Source of the DNA: a virus
Reading direction: 5' to 3' (one strand)
DNA: 22,338 nucleotides
Virus genome (UHGV): UHGV-0114988
Shown: positions 1 to 7,590 of the stretch, in pieces
How positions within the stretch are numbered: the first letter of the stretch is position 1
How the letters are laid out: every line of letters starts with the position of its first letter
Translations under genes and position numbers: made by a program
The notes under the pieces: model-generated
The model's database searches: none
The model's input: only the letters and a program-made list of their open reading frames with translations
What the model was told of the DNA's origin: nothing

Positions 1-108
1 CTGCGCTTTGTAGGTGATGGCGTTATCGCGGTAATGATTCAGCCCCAGACTAAGCGCACCACAGGCCACCAGCAGGGCAATGATGACCACGCACAGTACG
101 CGGTTCAT
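1..108 (-). CDS. Rz: Rz-like i-spanin, N-terminal 36 codons (gene continues past window start)
   Basis: Minus-strand translation from ATG at 106-108 gives MNRVLCVVIIALLVACGALSLGLNHYRDNAITYKAQ: an N-terminal TM segment followed by NHYRDNAITYKAQ, which matches the lambda Rz N-terminus as I recall it. Confidence 0.7.
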   Translation of the reverse strand, partial: MNRVLCVVIIALLVACGALSLGLNHYRDNAITYKAQ

Positions 109-109
109 T

Positions 110-208
110 TCACCACCAGCGTATCTGACCGATGAAATAACCGGAGGCCATAATCACAAACACCAGCCAGATAAGAATGAACTTCCAGGTGGATAATTTT
201 TCAGCCAT
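110..208 (-). CDS. Hypothetical 32-aa hydrophobic peptide (MAEKLSTWKFILIWLVFVIMASGYFIGQIRWW)
   Basis: ATG-initiated ORF, single predicted TM helix, GGGAG about 9-13 nt upstream. Its TGA stop lies 1 nt before the Rz ATG, suggesting translational coupling. Below the ORF-track size cutoff. Confidence 0.3.
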   Translation of the reverse strand: MAEKLSTWKFILIWLVFVIMASGYFIGQIRWW

Positions 209-283
209 CACTCGAATCTCCCGAATCAGTTTGCTAAAATCAAACACACTTTCCCCTTTGACTTTTCCAGAGTCAGGAAACAC

Positions 284-318
284 AAAACCCCGCTTGCAGC
301 CAACAAACGGGGTTTTTA
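284..318. terminator. Hairpin AAACCCCG...CGGGGTTT flanked by T-runs on both strands (bidirectional terminator-like)
   Basis: Inverted repeat with about 8-bp stem and 15-nt loop; TTTTT follows on + strand and TTTTGTGTTT on - strand. Sits between the endolysin stop and the small ORF/Rz. Confidence 0.3.
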
Positions 319-406
319 CTTTTATTCACTTAGTTTTTGTCAGTTCGCAGGATTTCGTGTTATCCGTCCGTGTGAGAAAACCGCATTTTTCAGCAAAATA
401 TTCTGC

Positions 407-940
407 TTATCTGTCAATTCCCCAGCACGCCAGCGCACTCTCCTGGTCGCGACGGGATACCTGACCGTAACAGTTGTTTGAGCGAATACGGCAGTCTCTG
501 CCACCGTCCTTAATCCACCAGCGAATCGCTTCGCATGCTCCCCTGCGATCACCTGCATTAATTCGTCTGTAAAACGTCGACGGGAAACACTTACCGGGAC
601 CAATGTTGTACGGACAGAATGACGCGATCCCCGCTTTCTGGGGTTCGGTCAGCGGCACTCTGATGTTTTTCTCCACCCACGCCAGCGCTTTATCACGCTC
701 AATGGCGTTAACCTGGTCGCATTTTTCCTTCGACAACTTCATGCCCGGGACGACAGGTTTGCCATCCACCATGATGGCACCACGGCAGATGGTCCAGATC
801 CCCGCACCATCACGGTATGCCGTGGTGTGGTTACCTTCTTTTTCGTCAAGAAACTGGTCGATGATTTCAGGCGCAGAAGCACCTGCCGCAATCAGCGCCA
901 GAACGGCTACCGATAAACCATAGTGGAGTTTCTGAGTCAC
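407..940 (-). CDS. R: Phage endolysin, T4-lysozyme-like (GH24) with N-terminal signal-anchor-release (SAR) segment
   Basis: 177-aa ORF; hydrophobic N-terminus LSVAVLALIAAGASA, then a catalytic region (EGNHTTAYRDGAGIWTICRG) typical of phage lysozymes. Directly downstream of the holin. GTG start as given by the ORF track. Confidence 0.85.
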   Translation of the reverse strand: MTQKLHYGLSVAVLALIAAGASAPEIIDQFLDEKEGNHTTAYRDGAGIWTICRGAIMVDGKPVVPGMKLSKEKCDQVNAIERDKALAWVEKNIRVPLTEPQKAGIASFCPYNIGPGKCFPSTFYRRINAGDRRGACEAIRWWIKDGGRDCRIRSNNCYGQVSRRDQESALACWGIDR

Positions 941-944
941 CTAA

Positions 945-1160
945 TCACTCTCCCCGGGCAGCCTTGCGACGGTCCTCTTTAATTTTGAAATACAGATTCG
1001 TCAGGTATGTCAGGAACCCCAGACACAGGCTCCCCAAAACCCCGATAGCAGCCCACTGTGACGGAGTAACCTGATCCAACCACTGTAGAAACCAGTAACC
1101 CGCACTGCCCGCAGAAGTACCATAGGCTATGCCCGTTGATATTTTTTCCATCTGATACAT
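945..1160 (-). CDS. S: Class II holin, phage 21 S21-like pinholin (71 aa) with dual-start motif
   Basis: [31 protein letters not shown]...[13 protein letters not shown] closely resembles S21 as recalled. Met1 and Met4 give the holin/antiholin dual-start arrangement. Sits immediately upstream of the endolysin. Confidence 0.85.
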   Translation of the reverse strand: MYQMEKISTGIAYGTSAGSAGYWFLQWLDQVTPSQWAAIGVLGSLCLGFLTYLTNLYFKIKEDRRKAARGE

Positions 1161-1236
1161 ATCCCCGCCCCGACAGACCTGTGCTACCGGAAATAAAAAA
1201 GGCCATCAGTGTTTTACTGATGGCCCTGCCCCGCCG

Positions 1237-1527
1237 TTACAGCATTGTGCCCGGTTCGGGTTGTGTGTCTGTCATATCCGTCACCGGTGACTCCGGCTGA
1301 ATATCACCATTTTCCGTGGTGACATCTTCCGCCTGTGGTTCCGGAAGCAGTTCCGGGGATGGTTCCGGCTGTGCACCAAGCAATTCATCCAGAATGGCAT
1401 CCACTTCTGCATCAAGACGCGCCTCAAGGTTCTGCCGAAGTTGCTGTTTCAGTGCGCTCCGGACTTCTTCAGAGCGCAGGACTTCCTTCACTGCCTCAGC
1501 AGTGACCAGCGATTTTATTTCTGACAT
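1237..1527 (-). CDS. Hypothetical acidic, Pro/Glu-rich protein (96 aa from internal ATG of track ORF 1237..1701)
   Basis: The track ORF begins with an implausible Cys-rich extension; the internal Met (MSEIKSLVTAEAVKEVL...) gives a compact gene between the nanS-p-like gene and the holin. No recognisable domain. Confidence 0.4.
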   Translation of the reverse strand: MSEIKSLVTAEAVKEVLRSEEVRSALKQQLRQNLEARLDAEVDAILDELLGAQPEPSPELLPEPQAEDVTTENGDIQPESPVTDMTDTQPEPGTML

Positions 1528-1564
1528 AGGATTTTCTCGTTGAAAGGGGTTGTCAAGAAAGTGA

Positions 1565-1747
1565 CTACGGAATGAGCGGATCTTCGGGTTTGCTTCCGGC
1601 TGACTGACTGGCGCTGATTTTCTCTGCGGCCCTTTTATCAATCTGCCTGCGCCAGAAATCGCGCACTGCCCTGTACCCACCCGAAAGAAGATACAGCACA
1701 CAGACCGCCGTACAGAAGTACAGCATCACCTGATGAACAAATGTCAT
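1565..1747 (-). CDS. Hypothetical small membrane protein (60 aa)
   Basis: ATG ORF with an N-terminal hydrophobic helix (LYFCTAVCVLYLLSGG) and a charged C-terminus, in the late operon between the esterase gene and the holin. Confidence 0.35.
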   Translation of the reverse strand: MTFVHQVMLYFCTAVCVLYLLSGGYRAVRDFWRRQIDKRAAEKISASQSAGSKPEDPLIP

Positions 1748-1843
1748 AGTTTCTTACCGTTATGGTTGACAATGAGAACTGTTTTCATTTAAAAACCGAT
1801 ATACGAAAGCATCTTTTCTTTACATTCTCCATTGGGATTACCT

Positions 1844-1880
1844 CCGCCAGCTTCCGTTCCTGCCGCTGGCGGCTTTTTTT
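1844..1880 (+). terminator. Hairpin (CCGCCAGC...GCTGGCGG) followed by TTTTTTT on + strand
   Basis: 8-bp GC-rich stem with a large 13-nt loop and a 7-T run; oriented against the minus-strand late genes. Confidence 0.3.
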
Positions 1881-1885
1881 GCCGG

Positions 1886-3877
1886 TTATGATGATGCCCG
1901 GCTTTCGTTAACTTTGACTGTGACCGTATCAAGCAGTACCGGATACGTCGCTTTTGCCCCCGTGATATCTGTCAGCGTCAGCGTATCTGCTGTAAAGCCA
2001 TCATTTGTCCACATCACCAGGTCAAACGCAGACTGCTCTGTATCATCAATCACCGGCACCACTTTTTCGCTGTTATTTCCCGCAAAGCGGAAAACAACTG
2101 TATGCCAGTTATGGTCAAATGCCCCAAATGTGCCCAGTTGCGCATTCGACTCCCCCTTGTGGTACATCAGATTCAGATTTGATGCATCCGTCTGAAGGAA
2201 GAAGGACGCCAGCATGCTGTTTGCTGTCGCGCCTGACGCCCACTGCGACACCGGCCAGTACAGACCAAAGACAAACTGACCGTTAACCAGTTCGACACCC
2301 TCCGGGATCTTAAACCGCACGGCAATTTCACCTCCCTTACTGAGAAGATTTTTTGCCTCCTCCACCGCAACAGTACGGAACATCTTCCAGGAGGTCAGTT
2401 TACCCGGCTGTTTTTCCAGTCGCAGCGCCTTCCTGCCACTGTCATCCGTCACAGTGCCTTTACCACCGGACGCATTCCACTGCTGCTCTGTCCATACACC
2501 ACTGCCACTGTTCGCATCATATCCGGCCACCATTCTTGTTACGGCTTCAGTATGACCGCCTGCAGAAGTACCTGCACCCTGCTGTTGCGTCGGACCCGCA
2601 GAGCCAGACTGTGCATCCCCCGTGGAGGCTGGCGTGGTCGCCAGCGGTGCAGACTGCCCGCTCAGGAACGGCAGCAAACGCCCGGCTCGCACCAGTATCT
2701 CTCCTGCCAGCCGATCTGAAACAATGCCTCTTCGCGCCCAGGAGCTGAAGTGCGTTTTACGATCGGCTGTCGTCCAGTTACCATTACTGCGTGACGCGGC
2801 ACCATAGTATCCCGCCGTGATAATGTCCGGATCTTCTGACGGCTCGTTTGTCGGCACATTCGCACCATGCTCATCCGTCATCAACGGCACAAAGTGAATA
2901 TTCTGCGCCGCCTTGCCTTTATAGCCTCCGTAAACCGCCTCATACTGCACTGCATACTTCGCCTTCCAGTCGTACGTGGTGTCACCGCAAATCCACGGGA
3001 CGCCGGACGTTGTCCCGCCAATACACTGGTCTGCAATATCTGCCAAGTCTGCACGGTATTTATTTACCATGGCAAGAAAAAGTGCATTGTGCTCTGCATG
3101 TCTCCCCGAACTGACATCTTTTTCCCCCTGCATCCAGATCACCGACAACAGCACGTTTTTCGGATTTTTCTTCAGGGCTGCACGCGTTCTGCTGACCAGG
3201 TCACGATACAACGGTTTATCCACCCCCCACAGGGAAGAGCCCGCTGTCGCACCCGACGCCTCATTAAACGCGCCCTCTGCTCCCGCAGTAAATCCCGAAT
3301 CGCCACGTCCACACGGGACAAGAAGGATCCCCGCACGGGCAGGCATAAACGGCAGCAGTTTTTTGGCCACATGCAGGGCATGCCCCACACAGCCATACTG
3401 CCCTTTATTGAGGTCTGCTTTCGGGTGATTCAGATTACTCACGTCCTGCACATCATGCAGACAATGGTCTGCAGGAATAATGTCGTTATATGCACAGGCC
3501 GCACCGCCCGGTGTCACCGTGCTGCGACGCGCCAGTTGCTTAATACGCGGGTCAGGACGATCATACGTATCCGGCAGCGGCAGCCCCTCGCCAAAAGACA
3601 TCGAGTTGGACTGCCCGGCCAGCGCAATGACAAAGTAATATTCCGGTTCGCTGGTGGTGCTGATAACTGTGCCTTCTCCATCCGACGGCTTCACCACCAC
3701 AGGTGTGGTGACATTACCTTCTGCGACAATCGCCTGAATAAGTGCTGCGCCATCATCCGTATACGAAGAAAACGGCCCGCCGTATGGTTGCCATCCTTCA
3801 CGAATTTTTTGAGCAAGCGCATCCGCAAGGTCTGACGGCGATGCCGCCCTGACCACGTCATAGTGTTTAAATGCCAT
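1886..3877 (-). CDS. nanS-p: NanS-p-like prophage sialate 9-O-acetylesterase (SGNH/SASA-type hydrolase), 663 aa
   Basis: GQSN catalytic-serine motif (YFVIALAGQSNSMSFGE) and an N-terminal segment resembling the DUF1737-type region of EHEC prophage NanS-p proteins, from memory. Strong GGGAGG RBS before the ATG at 3877. Occupies the position downstream of Q/tRNA as in Stx-type phages. Confidence 0.75.
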   Translation of the reverse strand: MAFKHYDVVRAASPSDLADALAQKIREGWQPYGGPFSSYTDDGAALIQAIVAEGNVTTPVVVKPSDGEGTVISTTSEPEYYFVIALAGQSNSMSFGEGLPLPDTYDRPDPRIKQLARRSTVTPGGAACAYNDIIPADHCLHDVQDVSNLNHPKADLNKGQYGCVGHALHVAKKLLPFMPARAGILLVPCGRGDSGFTAGAEGAFNEASGATAGSSLWGVDKPLYRDLVSRTRAALKKNPKNVLLSVIWMQGEKDVSSGRHAEHNALFLAMVNKYRADLADIADQCIGGTTSGVPWICGDTTYDWKAKYAVQYEAVYGGYKGKAAQNIHFVPLMTDEHGANVPTNEPSEDPDIITAGYYGAASRSNGNWTTADRKTHFSSWARRGIVSDRLAGEILVRAGRLLPFLSGQSAPLATTPASTGDAQSGSAGPTQQQGAGTSAGGHTEAVTRMVAGYDANSGSGVWTEQQWNASGGKGTVTDDSGRKALRLEKQPGKLTSWKMFRTVAVEEAKNLLSKGGEIAVRFKIPEGVELVNGQFVFGLYWPVSQWASGATANSMLASFFLQTDASNLNLMYHKGESNAQLGTFGAFDHNWHTVVFRFAGNNSEKVVPVIDDTEQSAFDLVMWTNDGFTADTLTLTDITGAKATYPVLLDTVTVKVNESRASS

Positions 3878-4074
3878 GAATCCTCCCGGCCGGGATAATG
3901 TTGTGAGTCAGATAAGGGGCGGGCTGAAGTCCGGAAGTTACAGGACAATGACAGAAGGAAGACTACAGCCCGCAATACGAAAAAGGCCGCGCAGTTGCGC
4001 AGAGTGATTACTGTCGGGTATTATTCGCCAGCTGAAAAATTGATTACTTCACGTTTTGTTGTTTATTCCTTGCT

Positions 4075-4103
4075 GCCCGCGTCTCCCGGCGCGGGCTTTT
4101 TTT
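4075..4103 (+). terminator. Intrinsic-terminator-like hairpin (GCCCGCG-N8-CGCGGGC) plus TTTTTTT on + strand
   Basis: 7-bp GC stem, 8-nt loop and 7-T tract read directly; no U-tract on the minus strand. Confidence 0.4.
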
Positions 4104-4442
4104 GCATGTAAAAAGGCTCCTGCGATGAGGAGCCTGGATATATGCCTAATCTCTGTATACAGCATGATGCCGGGTGCCTCCCGGTGAGTTCAGTATCAGC
4201 ACCTGAACCCGCACCAGATAAGGGATATAACCAACCACCTGTCGCTGATATGCCCCTCCGCACAGGGGGATTCACCATGCCAGTTTCTTTTAACAAATAC
4301 TCAGTCTGACAGGCAACTGTCAACTGACTGAATTGTGAGACATTTAAAATTTTCGGGGCATGACTGATACCCGGCTAACCACCTGATGCTTCCTTTTTTA
4401 GCAACAAACAGGTCCACCAAAGTGAGACAGAAAAAATAAGTG

Positions 4443-4519
4443 TGGCGCGTTGTACTGGATTCGAACCAGTGACCGATTGCTTAGAAGGCAATTGCTCTGT
4501 CCGGCTGAGCTAACAACGC
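4443..4519 (-). tRNA. tRNA-Arg (anticodon UCU), 77 nt
   Basis: Minus-strand sequence GCGTTGTTAGCTCAGCCGGACAGAGCAATTGCCTTCTAAGCAATCGGTCACTGGTTCGAATCCAGTACAACGCGCCA folds as a cloverleaf: 7-bp acceptor stem, anticodon stem ATTGC/GCAAT with loop CTTCTAA, T-arm ACTGG-TTCGAAT-CCAGT, and an encoded CCA. Confidence 0.85.
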
Positions 4520-4630
4520 ATGAAGTTTTCTGTAATCATCCTCGTTTGGTAACTGCCACTGGCTGACACTGAACCAGTGCGATGTCATGTTTTTCTTTCC
4601 TGTTTTATTAATTTTTCCCCAGCAGAAGAC

Positions 4631-4660
4631 AAGAAAAAAGGTTCCGGTGTTATCGGAACC
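4631..4660 (-). terminator. Minus-strand hairpin (GGTTCCG-N7-CGGAACC) followed by TTTTTTCTT; candidate tR'-like terminator or pause structure
   Basis: Perfect 7-bp stem with a U-tract on the minus strand, 30-60 nt downstream of the Q stop codon. Confidence 0.4.
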
Positions 4661-4679
4661 TTTCAGCAGTAAGCATACA

Positions 4680-4685
4680 ATTATA
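4680..4685 (-). promoter_or_regulatory. Consensus -10 hexamer TATAAT on minus strand just downstream of Q (candidate late promoter pR' -10 / Q-utilisation region)
   Basis: TATAAT read on the minus strand 5-10 nt after the Q stop. No convincing -35 was found, so this is tentative. Confidence 0.25.
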
Positions 4686-4689
4686 GACG

Positions 4690-5112
4690 TTATAACCATA
4701 ACATATTTTTTTGTGCGCACACAACCCTTTCAGGTAGTACAACTTCAGGATCCATATCCAACCTTACTCCCTGCAGAGTCAGAGCTCCTTCCAGAAATGC
4801 TTCAGACGCCTTCAGGGATGTCCGTACGCTAAAATGACTACGGTCTATCGCCTCAGCAATTGCACGCGTTGAGAGGCCGCCTATAAAACGTAACCCCAAG
4901 ATCAGCAAATCATCGTACGGGCAAACCATACTCATATGCGCGATGCAGGTATCAATCACCGCTCCATCCTCGTCAGAGCAACCGGGTTTGCCACTGTCGG
5001 TTACGTCCCGGGAAGTAACCGACATTGAGGGCCAGTCAACCATTGAACAGTATTCCTCGCTCGCCGCCCATCGCCCCCACCGCTCCAGAACAAGTTGCAT
5101 ATCTCTACGCAT
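4690..5112 (-). CDS. Q: Late-gene antiterminator Q (phage 21/933W-type Q family)
   Basis: N-terminus MRRDMQLVLERWGRWAA resembles 21/933W-type Q proteins as recalled. Position is immediately upstream of the tRNA/late lysis region. Confidence 0.65.
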   Translation of the reverse strand: MRRDMQLVLERWGRWAASEEYCSMVDWPSMSVTSRDVTDSGKPGCSDEDGAVIDTCIAHMSMVCPYDDLLILGLRFIGGLSTRAIAEAIDRSHFSVRTSLKASEAFLEGALTLQGVRLDMDPEVVLPERVVCAQKNMLWL

Positions 5113-5165
5113 AACGCTGGCCTCTACGTTTTGCTACGAAAAAATTTTCTGAGAACTACGTCTGT

Positions 5166-5185
5166 TTATCCGTGGGTGTGGATAA
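5166..5185. promoter_or_regulatory. Inverted pair of DnaA-box-like 9-mers (TTATCCGTG and TGTGGATAA, the latter the reverse complement of consensus TTATCCACA)
   Basis: Read directly: TTTATCCGTGGGTGTGGATAACG. One perfect and one 7/9 match to the DnaA box consensus. Confidence 0.4.
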
Positions 5186-5204
5186 CGCAGTTCCGATCCG
5201 CATA

Positions 5205-5224
5205 TTGCATGTATCAACATGCAA
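5205..5224. promoter_or_regulatory. Perfect palindrome TTGCATG-N6-CATGCAA (candidate dimeric regulator site)
   Basis: 7-bp inverted arms with a 6-bp spacer, between the DnaA-box pair and the iterons. Confidence 0.3.
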
Positions 5225-5242
5225 AAAGTTGCTAATTCGGAG

Positions 5243-5433
5243 TGGAACCACCTGCCCCCACCTGGAACCACCTTTTCCTAACCTTTCCCTCAATCGACTT
5301 ATATATATATATGGGGTTTCTAGTAGAAAGGCGGTTCCAGTGGTTCCAGTAGTTCCGCCCCGCTTGCCACAAGGTCTGCAAGGTGGAACCACCTTCTCTT
5401 TTAGGTGGTTCCGCATGGTTCCAGCGGTTCCCA
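5243..5433. repeat. Iteron array with central (AT)7 tract; candidate replication origin
   Basis: The 11-mer TGGAACCACCT occurs directly at 5243, 5263 and 5384, and inverted (AGGTGGTTCC) at 5403. Three tandem 9-mers GGTTCCAGT lie at 5333-5356, with further GGTTCC units at 5417-5433. The tract TATATATATATAT lies at about 5298-5312. The array sits immediately 3' of the primase-helicase gene and overlaps its last codons. Confidence 0.55.
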
Positions 5434-7587
5434 AACCTTGCATTTTTTCCCCCCAATTCGCCTTTGGGCACGCTTATACCCGCAATTTTGCAAAACATTA
5501 CTAATTCGCATTTCTTCGCGTTTTCCGATGCGGTCAGGATTTAGCCCAATCGCATCACGCAAAACATCACTTGCGCGTAAAAATTCGCAATTTCGCGGAA
5601 GTTCATTAGTCATCAGGTCGGGCGTGTCGAGCCATTTCTCTACCGTTTCAAGCCAAGCATCCTTGATGGTGTACTGTTCATGGACACTCGCTGCCAGTTG
5701 TTCAGCCTCACGGAACTGGATACCCCCCAGACGCTGAAACACCTCACGAGCCTCAGCCCAAAGTAAAAGGAGATCTCTTTTTATCGCTTTCACGTCGACT
5801 TTCGACACTTCCACGGGGAGCCAGCGACGGTTACCAGTCTTGTCCGCAAGGAATTCGTCCTCATTGGTGGTACCAACGAACAGCAGGCGACGAGGAAACT
5901 GGGTGGCGAACTCCCGGTATTTCGGGATCCAGTTTTCGTGAGTACGCGTCACAAACGCTTTGATTGACTCCAGCTCTTTGGTATTAAGTCCGCGCAGTTC
6001 ACCAATCTCTGCCACCAGCCGACCACGCATTTTTCGAGCGAGATCATCGTCTTTTTCGGCAAAAGAGATTTCAGTAAAAAACGCAGGATCAGGGCTCAGT
6101 GCCTCCACTCCGGAAGACTTACCGCAGCCCTGCGGACCAACGAGGATCGGCACCATATCCGCTTTGATGCCTGGCTCCAGTACTCGCCCCGCCAACGCGG
6201 TCCACATGTACATAGACACCGCACGGGTATAAGGCGTGTCGGCGGTACCGAAGTGCGTATGGTAGAAACATTCGATGCGCGGCACGCCATCCCACTCCAG
6301 TCCGTTCAGCCAGGTGATCGCTGAATCGAATGGTTGTTCATCGGCTGCAAGTAACACCACATCGCGAATAAGTTCACGGCCAACAGGTTTAAATCCCCGC
6401 TTTTCCATCGTGATGCGCAGGCGCGCATAATCCGCATCGGTGAATGCCCGCCATTGTCCGGATCCTGCCGGGGCAAACATGATTTCGTCGCGGAACTGGT
6501 CAAAGCGAATATCGATGTCCACAAAATCAGGACGTACTACTGCTTTGGCTGCGTTGCTGATGGTTGCCTCGATACGCCCCCATTTATCACGCTCGAAAGC
6601 AGGCAGCGGTAAAGGTTCCGCCACTTCGATGCTGGTCAGATCTTCGAAATCGTCGTTGCGGATCCCGATGGCATTCAGGAAATCTCCGTCATCACGATGC
6701 GCGCAACTGGCATGCAGGCATTTAAAATGCCCCTGCTCAAAGCCTGCGGTTCCCGCAGGAAAATAAACTGTGCTTGTTGGATCGCCTCCGCTACTGTGGC
6801 CGTCTTCAAACGGACAGCGGATATATCGTTCACCGTTTGCACCATCCAGCAGCGTCCAGCCATTGGCATCAAGATATTCAGCTGTATCATCCGTCGCGCC
6901 GGGCGTGAATGCTGAACGGTCGCGCATCTTCGTGTTGCCCGCTTCGGTGGTTACCGACACAGGGAGTTGTTCAGCCAGGCGCTGCCACAGCGTTTCAAGC
7001 TGCTCACCTGTAATAGCCGGAGGTTCATCCGGCAAACCACCGTCCCATTCAATACGCGCGCCGCTGCTGTGCGTACCACAGGCAACGAACTGCTGCCCGT
7101 TCGCCAGCAACTCGATAATGCCCATATCCCCCGCCAGGCGATGGATACGCTTACGGAAATCACCATCAACGGCCAGCAGATACAGACACTTATTACTGTT
7201 TGCTCGCCAGCGTCGCGGCGGCGACTCACCCAGAAGTTGCACAAGTGTTTTGCGAATATCTGCCTGAATGTCTTCATCTTCGCTATCGCAGTCCAGCGCC
7301 AGCCAGCCATGGCCTGTACGCACGCAGATGCCATAATCCGGTTCATTCGACCAGCGGGCAAAATCATGCTCAGTAACAACATGCCCGGTCCATTGAGCAA
7401 TACCGGTGACCTGGCGGTCCCGGTTATAGCGACTCGGCGTCTTACCCAACGCTTTCAATTTACTATCAGGGGATATGGTCGCACTGGGGTTACATACAAC
7501 TGGGAGAAGATGAGCAGTCCGCCCCAATACCAGGTCGAAATGAAACCACTCATCAGGCGTAGCTCCCCATGTTTTGCTATCGGACAT
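5401..7587 (-). CDS. Replication primase-helicase: N-terminal PrimPol/AEP-like domain fused to a VirE / P4-alpha-type Walker-A NTPase domain, 728 aa
   Basis: Acidic DxD-type motif (WLALDCDSEDED) in the N-terminal half. Walker A ILVGPQGCGKSSG and surrounding region resemble phage/plasmid primase P4-family C-terminal (VirE-like) domains. AAGGTG RBS; ATG at 7587 directly follows the cro-like stop. Confidence 0.8.
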   Translation of the reverse strand: MSDSKTWGATPDEWFHFDLVLGRTAHLLPVVCNPSATISPDSKLKALGKTPSRYNRDRQVTGIAQWTGHVVTEHDFARWSNEPDYGICVRTGHGWLALDCDSEDEDIQADIRKTLVQLLGESPPRRWRANSNKCLYLLAVDGDFRKRIHRLAGDMGIIELLANGQQFVACGTHSSGARIEWDGGLPDEPPAITGEQLETLWQRLAEQLPVSVTTEAGNTKMRDRSAFTPGATDDTAEYLDANGWTLLDGANGERYIRCPFEDGHSSGGDPTSTVYFPAGTAGFEQGHFKCLHASCAHRDDGDFLNAIGIRNDDFEDLTSIEVAEPLPLPAFERDKWGRIEATISNAAKAVVRPDFVDIDIRFDQFRDEIMFAPAGSGQWRAFTDADYARLRITMEKRGFKPVGRELIRDVVLLAADEQPFDSAITWLNGLEWDGVPRIECFYHTHFGTADTPYTRAVSMYMWTALAGRVLEPGIKADMVPILVGPQGCGKSSGVEALSPDPAFFTEISFAEKDDDLARKMRGRLVAEIGELRGLNTKELESIKAFVTRTHENWIPKYREFATQFPRRLLFVGTTNEDEFLADKTGNRRWLPVEVSKVDVKAIKRDLLLLWAEAREVFQRLGGIQFREAEQLAASVHEQYTIKDAWLETVEKWLDTPDLMTNELPRNCEFLRASDVLRDAIGLNPDRIGKREEMRISNVLQNCGYKRAQRRIGGKKCKVWEPLEPCGTT

Positions 7588-7590
7588 GGG

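Noticed and set aside
603-923. 106-aa ORF on the + strand (also 177..464 + and 340..603 -)
   Set aside because: Overlaps the endolysin gene or the R-Rz spacer in other frames, without RBS or recognisable features.
2867-3835. 322-aa ORF on the + strand
   Set aside because: Lies entirely antisense within the well-supported esterase gene (1886..3877); Arg/Cys-rich low-complexity translation typical of antisense frames in GC-rich coding DNA.
3878-4442. Possible stxA/stxB genes or additional tRNA genes (ileZ/argN-type) at the stx position
   Set aside because: Looked for them because of the Q-tRNA-esterase synteny, but no ORF with a signal-peptide-like toxin subunit start and no second cloverleaf with a T-loop consensus was found by eye. 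Only the single tRNA-Arg(UCU) is supported.
4481-4720. 79-aa ORF on the - strand
   Set aside because: Its 3' part is the tRNA-Arg gene read as protein; the remainder is the AT-rich tRNA/Q spacer.
5243-5433. CRISPR array
   Set aside because: The repeats are 9-11 bp units in mixed direct and inverted orientation with no regular unique spacers of about 30 bp; this is an iteron-type organisation, not CRISPR.
5156-5504. Three overlapping ORFs of 88-110 aa on both strands
   Set aside because: They traverse the iteron/DnaA-box/AT-tract array, which is better explained as non-coding origin DNA; the translations are repeat-driven (for example VPVVPVVP).
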